A DNA stretch of 64,000 bases from Salpingoeca rosetta (GCA_033442325.1 JAWQFM010000009.1:79057-143056); one strand, 5' to 3'; counted from the stretch's first letter, positions 1-23,698 are shown. A program made the numbers and translations. The notes: generated by a model not told the origin, from the letters alone.

Positions 1-229
1 CAGACAACAGATCACGACAGCATCAATTATACACCACAAGTTGTGATCATTGTATGAAAACTTCAACAAGATTTCCCGACTCGTAACTCTGCGCCTTTTC
101 CACACGCACCACAACAAAGATACACACGTGCACTCTCGCCTTTCGCGTGCCTCTGTTGTTGATCTTGTGTCATCTTCTTCATTTCCAGTCCACCTCAACC
201 TTACATCTCCCACCACAGCTCCCTTCACC

Positions 230-6230
<6,001 letters not shown>

Positions 6231-6468
6231 ACACATCGTCTGGACCACAGCAGTGTACAACACAGTCTCCTTGGCACTTGTCGTGCATCACACTGTGTGC
6301 ACCTACCCTACCCTCTTCTTCCCTTTCGGGTGCTTGTCAATGCCCAACATGCAGGCCCCTGTTTAGTTTCCTCGGTTGCTCTCATCCGTCCATGTGTTTC
6401 CCTGACTGATCATCAACAACACTCGCTCGTGGTTTGCTTGCTTGTTGCTCGCATGCACGCCGATGCGC

Positions 6469-6502
<34 letters not shown>

Positions 6503-6777
6503 CTTCTTCTTCTTCTTCTTGTTGTTGTTGCTGTTCTGTTTGCTGTGATGATTTCAAGCCTGTCATACCATACACGTTCCCACCATAGCAAGGGGCAAAG
6601 GGGTAGAATGAAGGAAGGGGGCGGGGGAGAGGGCAGGAGGAGAGGAGAGGAGAGGAAGAGGAAAGCAGGGAGCGAAGGTCGCGTGAAGCTTCTTTGGCCC
6701 TGTGTGACCCAAGCAGATGGACGCAGGTGCGCACACACGTCTGCACACACAACACACAGACACACAGACACACAGAC

Positions 6778-6816
<39 letters not shown>

Positions 6817-6909
6817 CACACACACACACACAGACACAGACACAGACACACACACAGACACACACACACACAGAGCCATGTGCCTTGCTCATGTTCTCCA
6901 CGGCCTGAC

Positions 6910-7443
6910 TCAGAAGAATGGGCGACCGGAATCACGGGAGGAGGGAGGAGCCTTGGTTGTGAACGGCCTGTTGAGCGAGGTGAGGGTCCAGGTGAGCTCT
7001 TGCACAGGGTCAGTCGCGTAGCCTTCGTCTCGGAAGGTGAGGATTGGGGTCTCAAACACCCACTGCTGCAGGTCCCAGAAGTCATCGCGCTCGTCCTCTG
7101 TTGGGGTGTACCGCGCCAGGAACTCCACCAATATGGACAGCCTGATCTCCTGGCTGGAGATGTTGCCGAAGACGTTGATGATGTGCGCGTCCTCCAGCAC
7201 GGCCGGCAGCTTGTGGTGCGACTCATCCTCACGCTGGTTGCCGGTGCAAAGTGTGTGTGTGTGTTGGGGGGGGGGGTTGAGGAGGAGAAGAGAGAGGGAT
7301 GGCAACAGTGCTGGACACAACAATACGCAGACCTGATACAGGCAGGCAGACACAGGTACACACACACACACACACACACACACAGGTAGACACACACAGG
7401 TAGACACACACAGGTAGACACACACACACACACACACACACGA

Positions 7444-7497
<54 letters not shown>

Positions 7498-8344
7498 CAT
7501 GTGTTCACAACGAACCTCGCGTGCTCTGTGCTTGAGTTCTCGGTACACCAGCGGTGTCATGCTGCGCTTCATTGACTGCAGCGACTCCATGTCCCCATCC
7601 CGCACAATGGCGTGAAGTTGCTCCCAGACCATGCGCGCGCCCTGACGAAAGAAGCAAGCGCGTGAAAGTGAGTGCGGTGCACCAAAAGGAGTGCGGAGCG
7701 CACGCGCGCGGGCAAGAGAGAGAGGGAGAGAGAGAGAGTGTGTGTGTGTGCGTGTGCGTGTGAGGAGGGGAAGTGGGGGAATGCAGCGTGGGAGAACAGA
7801 GATGAGCATGGGCGTCAACAGGCAAGCTAAGCTGACACACAAACAGACAGACAGGCAGACACAGAAGCAGAGGCAGACACACAGACACAGACACACACAG
7901 ACACACAGACACACAGACACACAGACACACACAGACACACACAGACACAGACACAGACACAGACACACACACACACACACACACACATACCTGAATGAAC
8001 TCGTCGGGGTCAAACCCCCATGGCTTCCTGAGGTTGTACAGCTGCCAACGGATGCGCAGGCTGCGTAGGAACCCGACTGGCGTCAGGTCTGGCCGTTGCT
8101 TGCTGATGGTGCTGTATGCACGGCACTGACACGACAGCGGTGGCAACGTCGTTGCTGGCTCAGCAGCCACTGGCCCACCTCGCCTTCCCTGCGCATGGTT
8201 GCCGAGACTCAAAGCGCAAGCACCAGCTCGTGGCACGCCTGCCCATGCTTTAGCCGCCTGCAGCCCCAGCCCCCTCGCTATCGCAGCGCCGTTGCTTGCC
8301 AAGGACACCCCTCGGCCAAACATGCCCATCATCATCATCATCAT
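6910..8344 (-). CDS. Mitochondrial Tim44-like / MAIP1 (m-AAA protease-interacting)-like protein, 3 exons
   Basis: Arg/Ala-rich presequence-like N-terminus (MFGRGVSLASNGAAIARGL..RAYSTI), then FLRSLRIRWQLYNLRKPWGFDPDEFIQ/GARMVWEQLHAIVRDGDMESL. This matches the FDxxEFxxGAK/R motif of Tim44-fold proteins. C-terminal WVFET..WTLTSLN. The start Met is uncertain (8323-8344). Confidence 0.6.
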
Positions 8345-8544
8345 TGTTGTTCGGGTCAAGGTTGTTGTTGTTTGTGTTTTTGGACACACTCTGAGGGAGA
8401 AGAAGGAACCGTTCATGACACACACACACGCACGCACACGCACACACACACACACACACACACAGACACACAGACACACAGACACACAGACACACAGACA
8501 CACACGCACACACACACACACACACAGACATAGACATAGACAGG

Positions 8545-10338
8545 CTAGCTTGTTGAGGCGACTGCGTCTGTCTGCACGTGCTCGTTGTGTCGAAGAATGT
8601 GTCTGGAGGGGAGTACCAGCGCGGCCAGGGCGCCGTGGTCGCGGCCACCACCCTCGTCCACAATGCACCTGTTCGGGTGGGCCACGTCAAGGAAGCCAAA
8701 GTGGCCCGACACCTCAATCACGTCTGTTTCCTCCAACTCCGGGTGCGCGCCACGGCACCTCCCCCGCCCCGCAATCACCTCCAGAAATGGGGCGTGACAC
8801 GCGCGCTCGCGTGCCAGCTGCATCTGCGGGTCCATGTCCTTGTGGTTCTCGAGGCCCGCGTGCAGGCAGATGACGCGGCCAAAGGAGAAGCGGAGGTCGA
8901 CCAGCCACGGCAGGTCGCGGAAGAACGACAGGTGGGCCGCGGGCATGGCTGCCAGTAGCGCGTGGCGGTCAGGAAACTTGCACCCGTACGACTCAAACGT
9001 GGCAGCAGCCTCGAAGACGGAGTCGTTTGACGTCGGCAGCTTTGCACCCCACCGCCTCCCTTGCAGGTGCATGCCGTTGTGGTCGCCTTTCGGGTCCACG
9101 TACAGCTTCTCCCGGTACCACGACCTGAAGCCCACGCCCGTGCTTCCCACATCCTCCTGCGGAAACACGCGGAGGAAGGAGCTCAGCCCAAAGTCGTGGT
9201 TGCCGGCGATGATGTGCGTTGTGTTGGGCCGCGTGCGCTGGAGCCAGAGCAGAAAGTCGACGACTTGGCGCGTGTCGCTGCCGCGGTCACACAGGTCGCC
9301 CAGGAACACGACGTCAACGCCGGCCATCCACGGCCCAAAGTACACGCTGGCGTTGGTCCACAGCTGCTGCAGGCGCAGGTAGCGTCCGTGGAGGTCGCCG
9401 ATGCACAGGCACATGTCGCCGCGCTCGCCACGTGCCGGTGCTGCGGCGTCAATGTCAACGTCCACCGTGCCCGGGCACACCATATCGGGGGTGAGGTGTG
9501 ACTCGCCGCCGTCAAGCAGGAGGCTCAGGGCAGCGGCATCAAGCAGGTGGCGGTCGCGGGCGTCACGCGCAGTTGCAGACCACAACGCTCGCTGCGCTGT
9601 AGTGGACAGCGACACGTTCACGCCATCCGGCCGTGCACACCGTGACTGCTGTTGCTGGTCTTCTTGCAATGCAATATCGTGCCATTGAAAGAGCACCGTT
9701 GGCGCCATGCGCTTGGCTTGTGTTGCTTCACTGTCACTCTCTTCATCGCTGTTGCGCACCACGCTGACCCGGCAGTAAATGACCACCTGCAGCTCGTGTC
9801 TGGTTGTCTGTAGTGTGTGTGTGTATGTGAGTGTGAGTGCGTGTGTTTTGGGCATGTTGGCGCGTGACGTGTGAAAGATGTGAGCAAGCAAGGTACAGGG
9901 GCAGGGGAAGGAAGGTGCGTACACATAGAAGTGTACACAGACACACACACACACACACACATACACACACAGACAGAAGCATGCACACGCAACAGTGTAC
10001 GCACGCACACGCACACATACAGACAGAAGCATGCACACACAACAGCATGCACGCGCGCACACACACACACACGCACACACACACACACGCACACAGACAG
10101 AAGCATGCACACACACACATACACACACACAGAAGCATGCGCACGCAACAGTGTACACACACTCACGTTGATAACGCCGTCAAAGTTCAAGTCTGTGTTG
10201 ATCAGGGCTTCTCCCGCAAAGGACAACACTTGTTGTGTAAAGGAATCATCGCTGTCTGCGGTGAGGGACAAGGACGGTAAGCACCCGTCCTTCTTCTGCA
10301 GCTGGTCCTCGTCTGTCTTGATTAAAATCCTGCACAGT

Positions 10339-10424
<86 letters not shown>

Positions 10425-10715
10425 GCACAGGAGGAAACAGGGGTGGGGGGAGTGGGATCGTGAACGAACGAACGCATGCACACAGTGTGCTCGCATTCAC
10501 ATCCACATACAGTTTGCACGAGACACAGACAAGATGGACACACAACCACGCACAGACAGACAGGTAGACAGACAGGTAGCCAGACAGATAGACAGACACA
10601 CGAACAGGCACACAACCACGCAGTGCACGTAAGGCACGAGTGTCTGGTCTGACCGTGAGGGGGAGTCCTGGCGAGGCTGATCCACGATCAGCACAACCGC
10701 GTGAAGCTGTGGCAT
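8545..10715 (-). CDS. Calcineurin-like metallophosphoesterase of the RLPH (Rhizobiales-like PPP) class
   Basis: GDLHG, FLGDLCDRG, AGNHD, MHLQGRRW, ATFESYG, HAGLE, VSGHFG, IVDEGGG and AALVLPSRHILR all lie in one exon (8545-9787). The upstream exons (about 10167-10330 and 10629-10715) and the start are tentative. Confidence 0.9.
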
Positions 10716-10927
10716 CTTCGCTGCGGGCTATTGAGCGGTCTGGTCTTTGATGTTGAGTGTGAAACGACGACTACTCCTACGATGGATTTAGGAGCTACTG
10801 GTGGAACGAGGACCTCGCAGTCGTCGTCGTCAAAAGCCTGTTGCTGGCTGTGATGGCTGCTGGAACGATCTGAGTGGAGAAGCGATTGAAACAAGAACCA
10901 TCACAGTCGTCGTCATCAAAGCGCAAC

Positions 10928-10936
10928 AAAAAAAAA
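10928..10936 (-). terminator. RNA polymerase III terminator (oligo-T) after the tRNA
   Basis: A9 on the + strand equals T9 immediately 3' of the tRNA; it includes the discriminator base. Confidence 0.85.
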
Positions 10937-11008
10937 GGGCCTGGAGGGATTCGAACCCCCGATCTTCGGTTTACAAGACCGACGCCTTGCCAGCTTGGCC
11001 ACAGACCC
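10936..11008 (-). tRNA. tRNA-Thr (anticodon UGU)
   Basis: Reverse complement GGGTCTG TGGCCAAGCTGGCAAGGCG TCGGT CT TGT AA ACCGA AGATC GGGGG TTCGAAT CCCTC CAGGCCC T. Canonical cloverleaf with A/B boxes, no intron and no encoded CCA. Confidence 0.97.
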
Positions 11009-11069
11009 CAAGGGATTGCTCACGTACCGGGGGTGGCTGCCGCGAACTTTTCAAATGCCTTTGGTGTGC

Positions 11070-11505
11070 GTGCGTGTGTGTTTCATGTGTGTGTGTGTGA
11101 GTGAGTGAGTGAGTGAGCGAGTGAGTGAGTGTGCTGAGTGTGTGTGTGTGTGAGTGAGTGAGTGTGTGTGTGTGTGAGTGAGTGAGTGAGTGAGCGAGTG
11201 AGTGAGTGTGCTGTGTGTGAGAGAGAGAGAGAGTGAGTGAGTGTGCTGTGTGAGTGAGTGAGTGAGCTGTGTGAGTGAGTGAGTGAGCTGTGTGTGTGTG
11301 TGCTGTGTGAGTGAGTGAGTGTGTGCTGTGTGCTGTGTGTGTGTGTGTGCTGTGTGAGTGAGTGAGTGTGTGCTGTGTGAGTGAGTGTGTGTGTGTGTGT
11401 GTGTGTGTGAGTGTTTGTGTGTGTGCTGTGTGTGTGTGTGTGCTGTGTGTGTGTGTGTGTGCTGTGTGTGTGTGTGCACTCTCTCTAGCTCTCTCTCTCT
11501 CACTC
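11070..11505. repeat. Compound (GT)n/(GAGT)n microsatellite, intergenic
   Basis: Directly visible upstream of the tRNA. Confidence 0.9.
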
Positions 11506-11623
11506 ACCCTATCTCCTTCCCCAACTGCTGCCCCCCTCTGCTGCCCCCCTCTCTGCCTCACATACGCTTTGCACGATAGTTGAAACTGTACTTGGAACCA
11601 TGCGCGGGCCGTCATGTAGTAAC

Positions 11624-11730
11624 GCAAACGCCCGCAAACGCCCGCAAACGCCCGCAAACGCCCGCAAACGCCCGCAAACGCCCGCAAACGCCCGCAAACG
11701 TCCGCAAACGCCCGCAAACGCCCGAAACGC
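11624..11730. repeat. 10-bp GC-rich tandem repeat (CAAACGCCCG)n, about 10 copies
   Basis: Near-perfect array just 3' of the AspH-like stop codon. Confidence 0.95.
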
Positions 11731-11766
11731 CACCACCTACCCAACAAACAAACAAACATACAGGGC

Positions 11767-13578
11767 TTAGTGGTCTGGTATGGCAGCCCAAGCTCCGCTG
11801 TCGCCACCGTCGTCGCCGATGCTGCCAAACAGCAGGCTGCGCAACGTTTCATCCAATCCCGCTTCCCTCACATGCTCACCACTGTCGTCGCCCACACCGT
11901 TGCTTGCACTACGCCGGGCCTGCGCGAGCGCCACTGCGTCCGGGTGAGCGAACACGACCTGGAACACGGTCCGCTCCCGTGTGCACGTGTTGTTCACGCT
12001 GTGCAGGAAGCTGTCGTCAAAGAACAGCACCTGCCCCGTCGCCCACGACCGCACCTCGTCGCCAACCTTGAGAAACGCACAGGGCACCGTGCCTTCCTTC
12101 CCCTCACCACCACCACTGCCCACACCATCCACGCCCCTTGCTTCACCACCGTCACCGTCCTCACCACCACCCTCTTCACGTGTTGGCACGTCCAGCCCGA
12201 GGTGCAGCTTCAGTTGGCCGTTGGTCATGCCGTAGTGTGGCTTGAGCACGGCACGGGGTCCAAGTGCGCTGTACCCAACGCGGAGCACATGCAGCCCCGT
12301 CTCATTGCGCAACGTGTTCAGGAGCCTGCAGGCAACGGGCGTGTCGCGGCTGCAATTGCTACCAGAGGCGTGCGGGCGCCAGTATGCCGTCGACTCATAC
12401 CGCATCCACGTGCCACTGGGGATGGTTGCGTCGTGGATGCACTCCCGTTCCGGCAGAAGCAGGCCACGCTCCTTGATGCCTTCAAACTCCCGCTTGAGCG
12501 CGTCCGTATGCTCGCGCAGCAGCTGCGCCGCCCGCTGAACGCCACGGTGCTCGGAGGGGTCATGCCATGGCGCCGTCGCTATCGAAGATGACGACGACGA
12601 CGACGACGACGACGACGATGGCTGTTGTGGCTCCGACACCAGTTCTGGAATGAACGTTCGCGGCAGCTGCTGGACGCTGGCCCATGGGCCGTGGCCGGTG
12701 AGGAGTTGGCCCAGCGAGCGGAGGCGCGACAGCATGGCGTCACGAACACTTGTCGGCATGTTTGGCAGGTCCGCCGTTCGCTGCAGAAGGTCGTAGTGTT
12801 GCTGCATGACGCGCAGCGTCGGTCGCACACCTGGCTGCTTCAGCGCCTCCTCGAATAGCATCAGGCTTGTCGGCAGATCACCTTTGCACTCGTAGATCGT
12901 GGACTGCAGCTGCAGCAGCACTGCCCTCGCCTCCGACGGCAGCACGCTCACGTCTTGCTGCTGCTGCTGCTGTTGCTGCTGTTGTTGTTGGGGATACTGC
13001 TGCAGGGTGCTTTCCAAGACGCCAAGCGCATCGTCATACTCAAAGTTCAGGTACATGTCCGTGGCCAACGCTGCCGCCTGCGCAACGCGCTCCAGGGCCG
13101 TGTTGACCACAGGGTCGTCGGCGTGCTTCTGCGGCTGCTTCTGCTGTTGCTGCAAGTGGTCCAGGGCCTGCAGGCCCTTGAGGCGCAGCTTGATGGCATG
13201 CGGGTACATTTTCATGTGCGAGTACACGTCCGCTGCGCGAGAGAATAGCAGAAACCGCTCCTCGCTGTGCTGGAGGCTGCATGCCGCAGGCCCTGGGCCA
13301 GACAGGACCGCGTTTGCCAGGTTCAGTGCCCGAAACGGCTTGCTGTCCTTGAAAGCAACAGCTCCAGCCATGTCCTGCAGCGCCTGCTCACAATCTACAG
13401 GAACGCTGGCGCTGCTGTTGCCCGAAAAGGGCCACCATGACGGCCACACCAGCAGCCATGCCAACCCCAGCACCACCACCGCAGCAGCCACGCCAACCAA
13501 ACCACCCCCACCACCCCCACCACCCTTCTTCCTTGTCTTCTTCTGCCTGCTCCGCTTCTTCTGCTGCTGTTTGCTCAT
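11767..13578 (-). CDS. Aspartyl/asparaginyl beta-hydroxylase-like 2OG-Fe(II) oxygenase; type II membrane anchor, TPR-like helices; intronless, about 603 aa
   Basis: MSKQQQKKRSRQKK basic N-terminus, TM segment LVGVAAAVVVLGLAWLLVW, a helical region, then the catalytic motifs YSALGPRAVLKPHYGMTNGQLKLHLGLDVP and VGDEVRSWATGQVLFFDDSFLHSVNN..RTVFQVVFAHPD. Confidence 0.88.
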   Translation of the reverse strand: MSKQQQKKRSRQKKTRKKGGGGGGGGLVGVAAAVVVLGLAWLLVWPSWWPFSGNSSASVPVDCEQALQDMAGAVAFKDSKPFRALNLANAVLSGPGPAACSLQHSEERFLLFSRAADVYSHMKMYPHAIKLRLKGLQALDHLQQQQKQPQKHADDPVVNTALERVAQAAALATDMYLNFEYDDALGVLESTLQQYPQQQQQQQQQQQQDVSVLPSEARAVLLQLQSTIYECKGDLPTSLMLFEEALKQPGVRPTLRVMQQHYDLLQRTADLPNMPTSVRDAMLSRLRSLGQLLTGHGPWASVQQLPRTFIPELVSEPQQPSSSSSSSSSSSSIATAPWHDPSEHRGVQRAAQLLREHTDALKREFEGIKERGLLLPERECIHDATIPSGTWMRYESTAYWRPHASGSNCSRDTPVACRLLNTLRNETGLHVLRVGYSALGPRAVLKPHYGMTNGQLKLHLGLDVPTREEGGGEDGDGGEARGVDGVGSGGGEGKEGTVPCAFLKVGDEVRSWATGQVLFFDDSFLHSVNNTCTRERTVFQVVFAHPDAVALAQARRSASNGVGDDSGEHVREAGLDETLRSLLFGSIGDDGGDSGAWAAIPDH

Positions 13579-13719
13579 CGTTTGCGATTTGTGAACATAG
13601 GAGCAAAGTTTCTTTCGACCCACGTGTGCACCACCACACCACAGCACAGAACACACACGCACACAACCACACACGCACACAAGCACACACACATACACAC
13701 ACAAGCACAACAGACAGGG
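13579..13719. promoter_or_regulatory. Putative compact bidirectional promoter region (AspH-like / NIFK)
   Basis: The two divergent ATGs are only 141 bp apart. Confidence 0.5.
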
Positions 13720-14348
13720 ATGGCCAGGACAAAGGGCAAGAAGGGCAAGCGCACCGCACAGGCGGCTGCAGGCGCTGAAGAGAAGAAGGAAAAGATCCAA
13801 CAGCAGCAAGCAGTGGAGGAGGCCACCGTCGCATCGGCAGCCGCTGGATCCGCCAAGCGAGCCAAGAAGACAACCACAGCCAACAAGACAAAGCAGGCCA
13901 AGAAGAAGGCGACAGCAACAGCAACAACAGCAACAACAGCAACAGCAACAACAGCAACAGCTACGGAGAACGGCAGCCCTGCTCAGGAGATTGCCGCTGT
14001 TGAGGACAGCGGCGCGCAGCCTGCTGCGAAGAAGGCGAAGACGCAGGTGAAGAACAACAACAACAACAACAAGAAGAGCGCCAAGGGGAACACCCCAGCC
14101 ACCAAGCACAAGCAGGCACAAGGCAAGAAAGCGCAGCAGACCAAGGCTGCCAAGAAGCAGACAAAGCAGCAAAAGGACAAGAACAATACAAAGGATGAGA
14201 TCATCAAGCTGAAGATCAAGAAGACCAAGGTAATGAACAACGAAAAGCGTCTCATGCCTGCCTCTGTGTGTGCGTTTGTGTGTGTGCGTGCGTTTGTGTG
14301 TGTGTGTGTGTTTGTATGTATGTATGTGTGTTTGTTTGCGTGCGTGTG

Positions 14349-14402
<54 letters not shown>

Positions 14403-15060
14403 TGTGTGTGTGTTTGTGTTTGCGTCTGTCACCCCCCCCCCCAAATCTGCGTGTGTAATGGCCCTCCCTCTACGTGCAGTGTCACCCACTGATGCTACAA
14501 CTGATTTTTCCACTCTTTCAATCATGCTGACAGAAGAGCAAGGGCAACACAGTGCGCCCCACCCCTCCAAACCGGGCCGTTGTCTACTTGAGCCACATCC
14601 CCTATGGCTTCTTTGAGCCGCAAATGAACAAGTTCTTCTCCCAGTTTGGTGCGGTCACCCGCCTCCGTCTCTCCATCTCGCCAAAGGTGCGTGGCGTGTT
14701 CGCTCCCGCTTGCAGCACATCCGTTTGCTCTGCTGCATTGGCGGTTCGCATGCACTCGTGTTTGCTGGTTTGTGCCTTTGTCCTGCAGGCGCATTCACAC
14801 CCATGCTCTCTCACCCTGCACTCGCACATACTCGTTCTCTTGCTCATGAACACGACTTCTCGTTGCTGTCGTGCACACGTCTGTGTTTTCACGTCAACAG
14901 TCGGGTCGCTCGCGCGGTTATGCGTTTATTGAGTTTGAGAACGCCGAGGTGGCGAACATTGTCGCTCAGACCATGAACAACTACCTCCTCTTCAACCGCG
15001 TCCTCAAATGTGAGTTTGGTGAATGCGGGATGGAGAGCGCCGCTGCGACGCGTTCAGAAC

Positions 15061-15133
<73 letters not shown>

Positions 15134-16848
15134 GACATCGGCTCGCGCTGTCTCACCACCACCACCACCACCACCACTTCCCTCCTTCGCTTCGTTGCTT
15201 CTGCAGGTCGGGTGGTGCCTCCGGAGAAGGTGCACGACCAGCTGTTCCGCAGCCCGCGTCGCGTCGATATGGCCAGGGTGCAGCGCAGCAAGCACAACAA
15301 GGTCTGTTGCCGCAATGGGCACTGGATGCATGCGGATAGTATCGTGTGTGCGTGTGCGTGCGTGTGTGTTTGTGCGTGTGTGTGTGTGCGTGTGTGTGTG
15401 CGTTTTTGTGTGTGAGATTTTTATGTGCACACTTGCTGCTCCTCACTGCAAACACTGTTACGCCACAATGCCCACGTGCAGGTGCGGGTGCCCTCGGAGT
15501 ACGCGGCCATGGCCAAGCGCATGCGCGCCAAGGGGAAGAAGCTGCGCCAGGTGCTCGCCGCGTATGGGGTCAAGTACGACATTGACGCCGTCACTGTCAA
15601 GGCACAGGCCGCCGCGCCAAAGGTGCGGCACCAGGGCGAAGGGGGTGGGAGGGATGTGTTTGTTTGTTTGTTTGTTTGTTTGTTTGTTTGTTTGTTTGTT
15701 TGTTTGTTTGTTTGTTTGTTTGTTTGTTTGTTTGTTTGTTTGTTTGTTTGTTTGTTTGTTTGTTTGTTTGTTTGTTTGTTTGTTTTGGGTGTGTGTGCGT
15801 GCGTATGCGTTCACGTGTGTTGGGGGATTGTGCTTTGTGCGTGTGCACGCGTGTGGGTGTGAGTGCGTCAGCTCCTTGTGCCTTCTCCCGTACGACACTG
15901 ACTGTGTGTGCTGCGGCCATATGTTTGTGCGTGTGTGCGTGCGTGCAGACCTCTGAAACAGCCGCTGTGAAGGAGGGCAAGAAGGCGACAAAGCAGAAGA
16001 CCAAGGGAGAGGGGAAGAAGGAGAGCAAGAAGCAAGCCACGCAGCAGAGCGAGGAACACAAGGCGAACGAGACGAAGAAGCAGGAGGGCAAGTCGGCAGC
16101 AGCAACGCCAGCAGCGACCAAGAGCCGCAAGAATAACGCACAGGCGGACAAGGCCGTGAAGGTGATGAAGGAGGTGAACACCCCAATCAAGGCAGCCAAG
16201 AATGCCAACAAGACCCCAGCCAAGACACCTGCCAAGGCAGCTAAGACCCCAGCCAAGGCAGCTAAGACCCCAGCCAAGACACCTGCCAAGACCCCGGCCA
16301 AGAATGCCAACAAGACACCTGCCAAGGCAGCCAAGACACCTGCCAAGAACCCAGCCAAGACACCTGCCAAGACCCCAGCCAAGACCCCGGCCAAGAATGC
16401 CAACAAGACACCTGCCAAGGCAGCCAAGACACCTGCCAAGAACCCAGCCAAGACACCTGCCAAGACACCTGCCAAGACCCCGGCCAAGAATGCCAACAAG
16501 ACTCCTGCCAAGGCAGCCAAGACACCTGCCAAGACCCCGGCCAAGACCCCCGCCAAGGCAGCCAAGACACCTGCCAAGACCCCGGCCAAGACCCCCGCCA
16601 AGGCAGCCAAGACCCCCGCCAAGACCCCGGCCAAGGCAGCCAAGACACCTGCCAAGACCCCAGCCAAGAATGCCAACAAGACACCTGCCAAGACCCCGGC
16701 CAAGACCCCCGCCAAGGCAGCCAAGACACCTGCCAAGACCCCGGCCAAGACCCCCGCCAAGGCAGCCAAGACCCTCGCCAAGACACCCGCCAAGGCAGCC
16801 AAGACCCCCGCCAAGAAGGCAAAGAAGACGCCAAAGAAGGCACTGTAA
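13720..16848 (+). CDS. NIFK: NIFK/Nop15-like nucleolar RRM protein with a Lys/Ala-rich N-terminus and a TPAK-repeat tail
   Basis: RRM: [90 protein letters not shown] at 16846-16848. Confidence 0.9.
16180..16840 (+). repeat. Coding minisatellite encoding [11 protein letters not shown] units
   Basis: 12-bp (ACNCCNGCCAAG) and 9-bp (GCAGCCAAG) units in the last NIFK exon. Confidence 0.95.
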
Positions 16849-17134
16849 CCGTTGAATGCGTACGTATACGTGTGTGCGTGTGTCGTTTTGTGTGTTGCTG
16901 TCCAATTGCATTGTCGTTGTTGTTTTCATTGAGATCAAAGTACAAGGTGCAAATAGGAGAAGCATTCGTGGTGTGTTGTTGTGGCAGGCAACGACAGAAA
17001 CACAGACACACACAGACACACAGACACACACACACAGACACACACACAGACACACACACAGACACACACAGACACACACAGACACACACAGACACACACA
17101 CACACACACACACACACACGGCTGCGTTGGTTGA

Positions 17135-19100
<1,966 letters not shown>

Positions 19101-19219
19101 TGCCTGCGACGTCTTCTTCCTCCTGTTCCTTCTGCGTTGCGCACTGTTGTTTTTATGCGCGTTGTTGCTTCACCTTCCAGACTCCTATTTGCTTGCTTCG
19201 TTTGCTTCGTTCAATGTCT

Positions 19220-19261
<42 letters not shown>

Positions 19262-19353
19262 CACATCGCATCACATCACATTACAATCACACAGTGCGCA
19301 ACACGAGCATGCGACGTAACACAGGACGTTACAAAGGCGTCATCTCCTCATGG

Positions 19354-23398
<4,045 letters not shown>

Positions 23399-23698
23399 GG
23401 TGAGGGTGGTGCACTGCAGTGTGGTCCGGCACAGCTTGTCTCCTTTGTTGGCTGGAGAGATTTGCAACCGACAAAAAAAAGTACACCAACGTGCAGCGTG
23501 GGAACCGACTGAATTCAGTTGTGTAGTGAAAAGCGACACCATGAAAGATAGTATCACAGCGCCCTCACACACACACAGTGCGTGCATCATCATTCTTCTC
23601 CACACACGCAACACCCACAACAACAACCAACAACCCACGACCACCTTCCTTCTTGCCTTGCTTGCTTGTGTTGCCTCGCTTGTTGTTGTCGTGTTGCC

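Noticed and set aside
11624-11730. Possible CRISPR or telomeric array
   Set aside because: No spacers, no cas genes, eukaryotic context, and the unit is not TTAGGG-like.
13579-14172. N-terminal 198 aa of the 801-aa minus-strand ORF
   Set aside because: Non-ATG start overlapping NIFK exon 1 in antisense; the real start is more likely the ATG at 13578.
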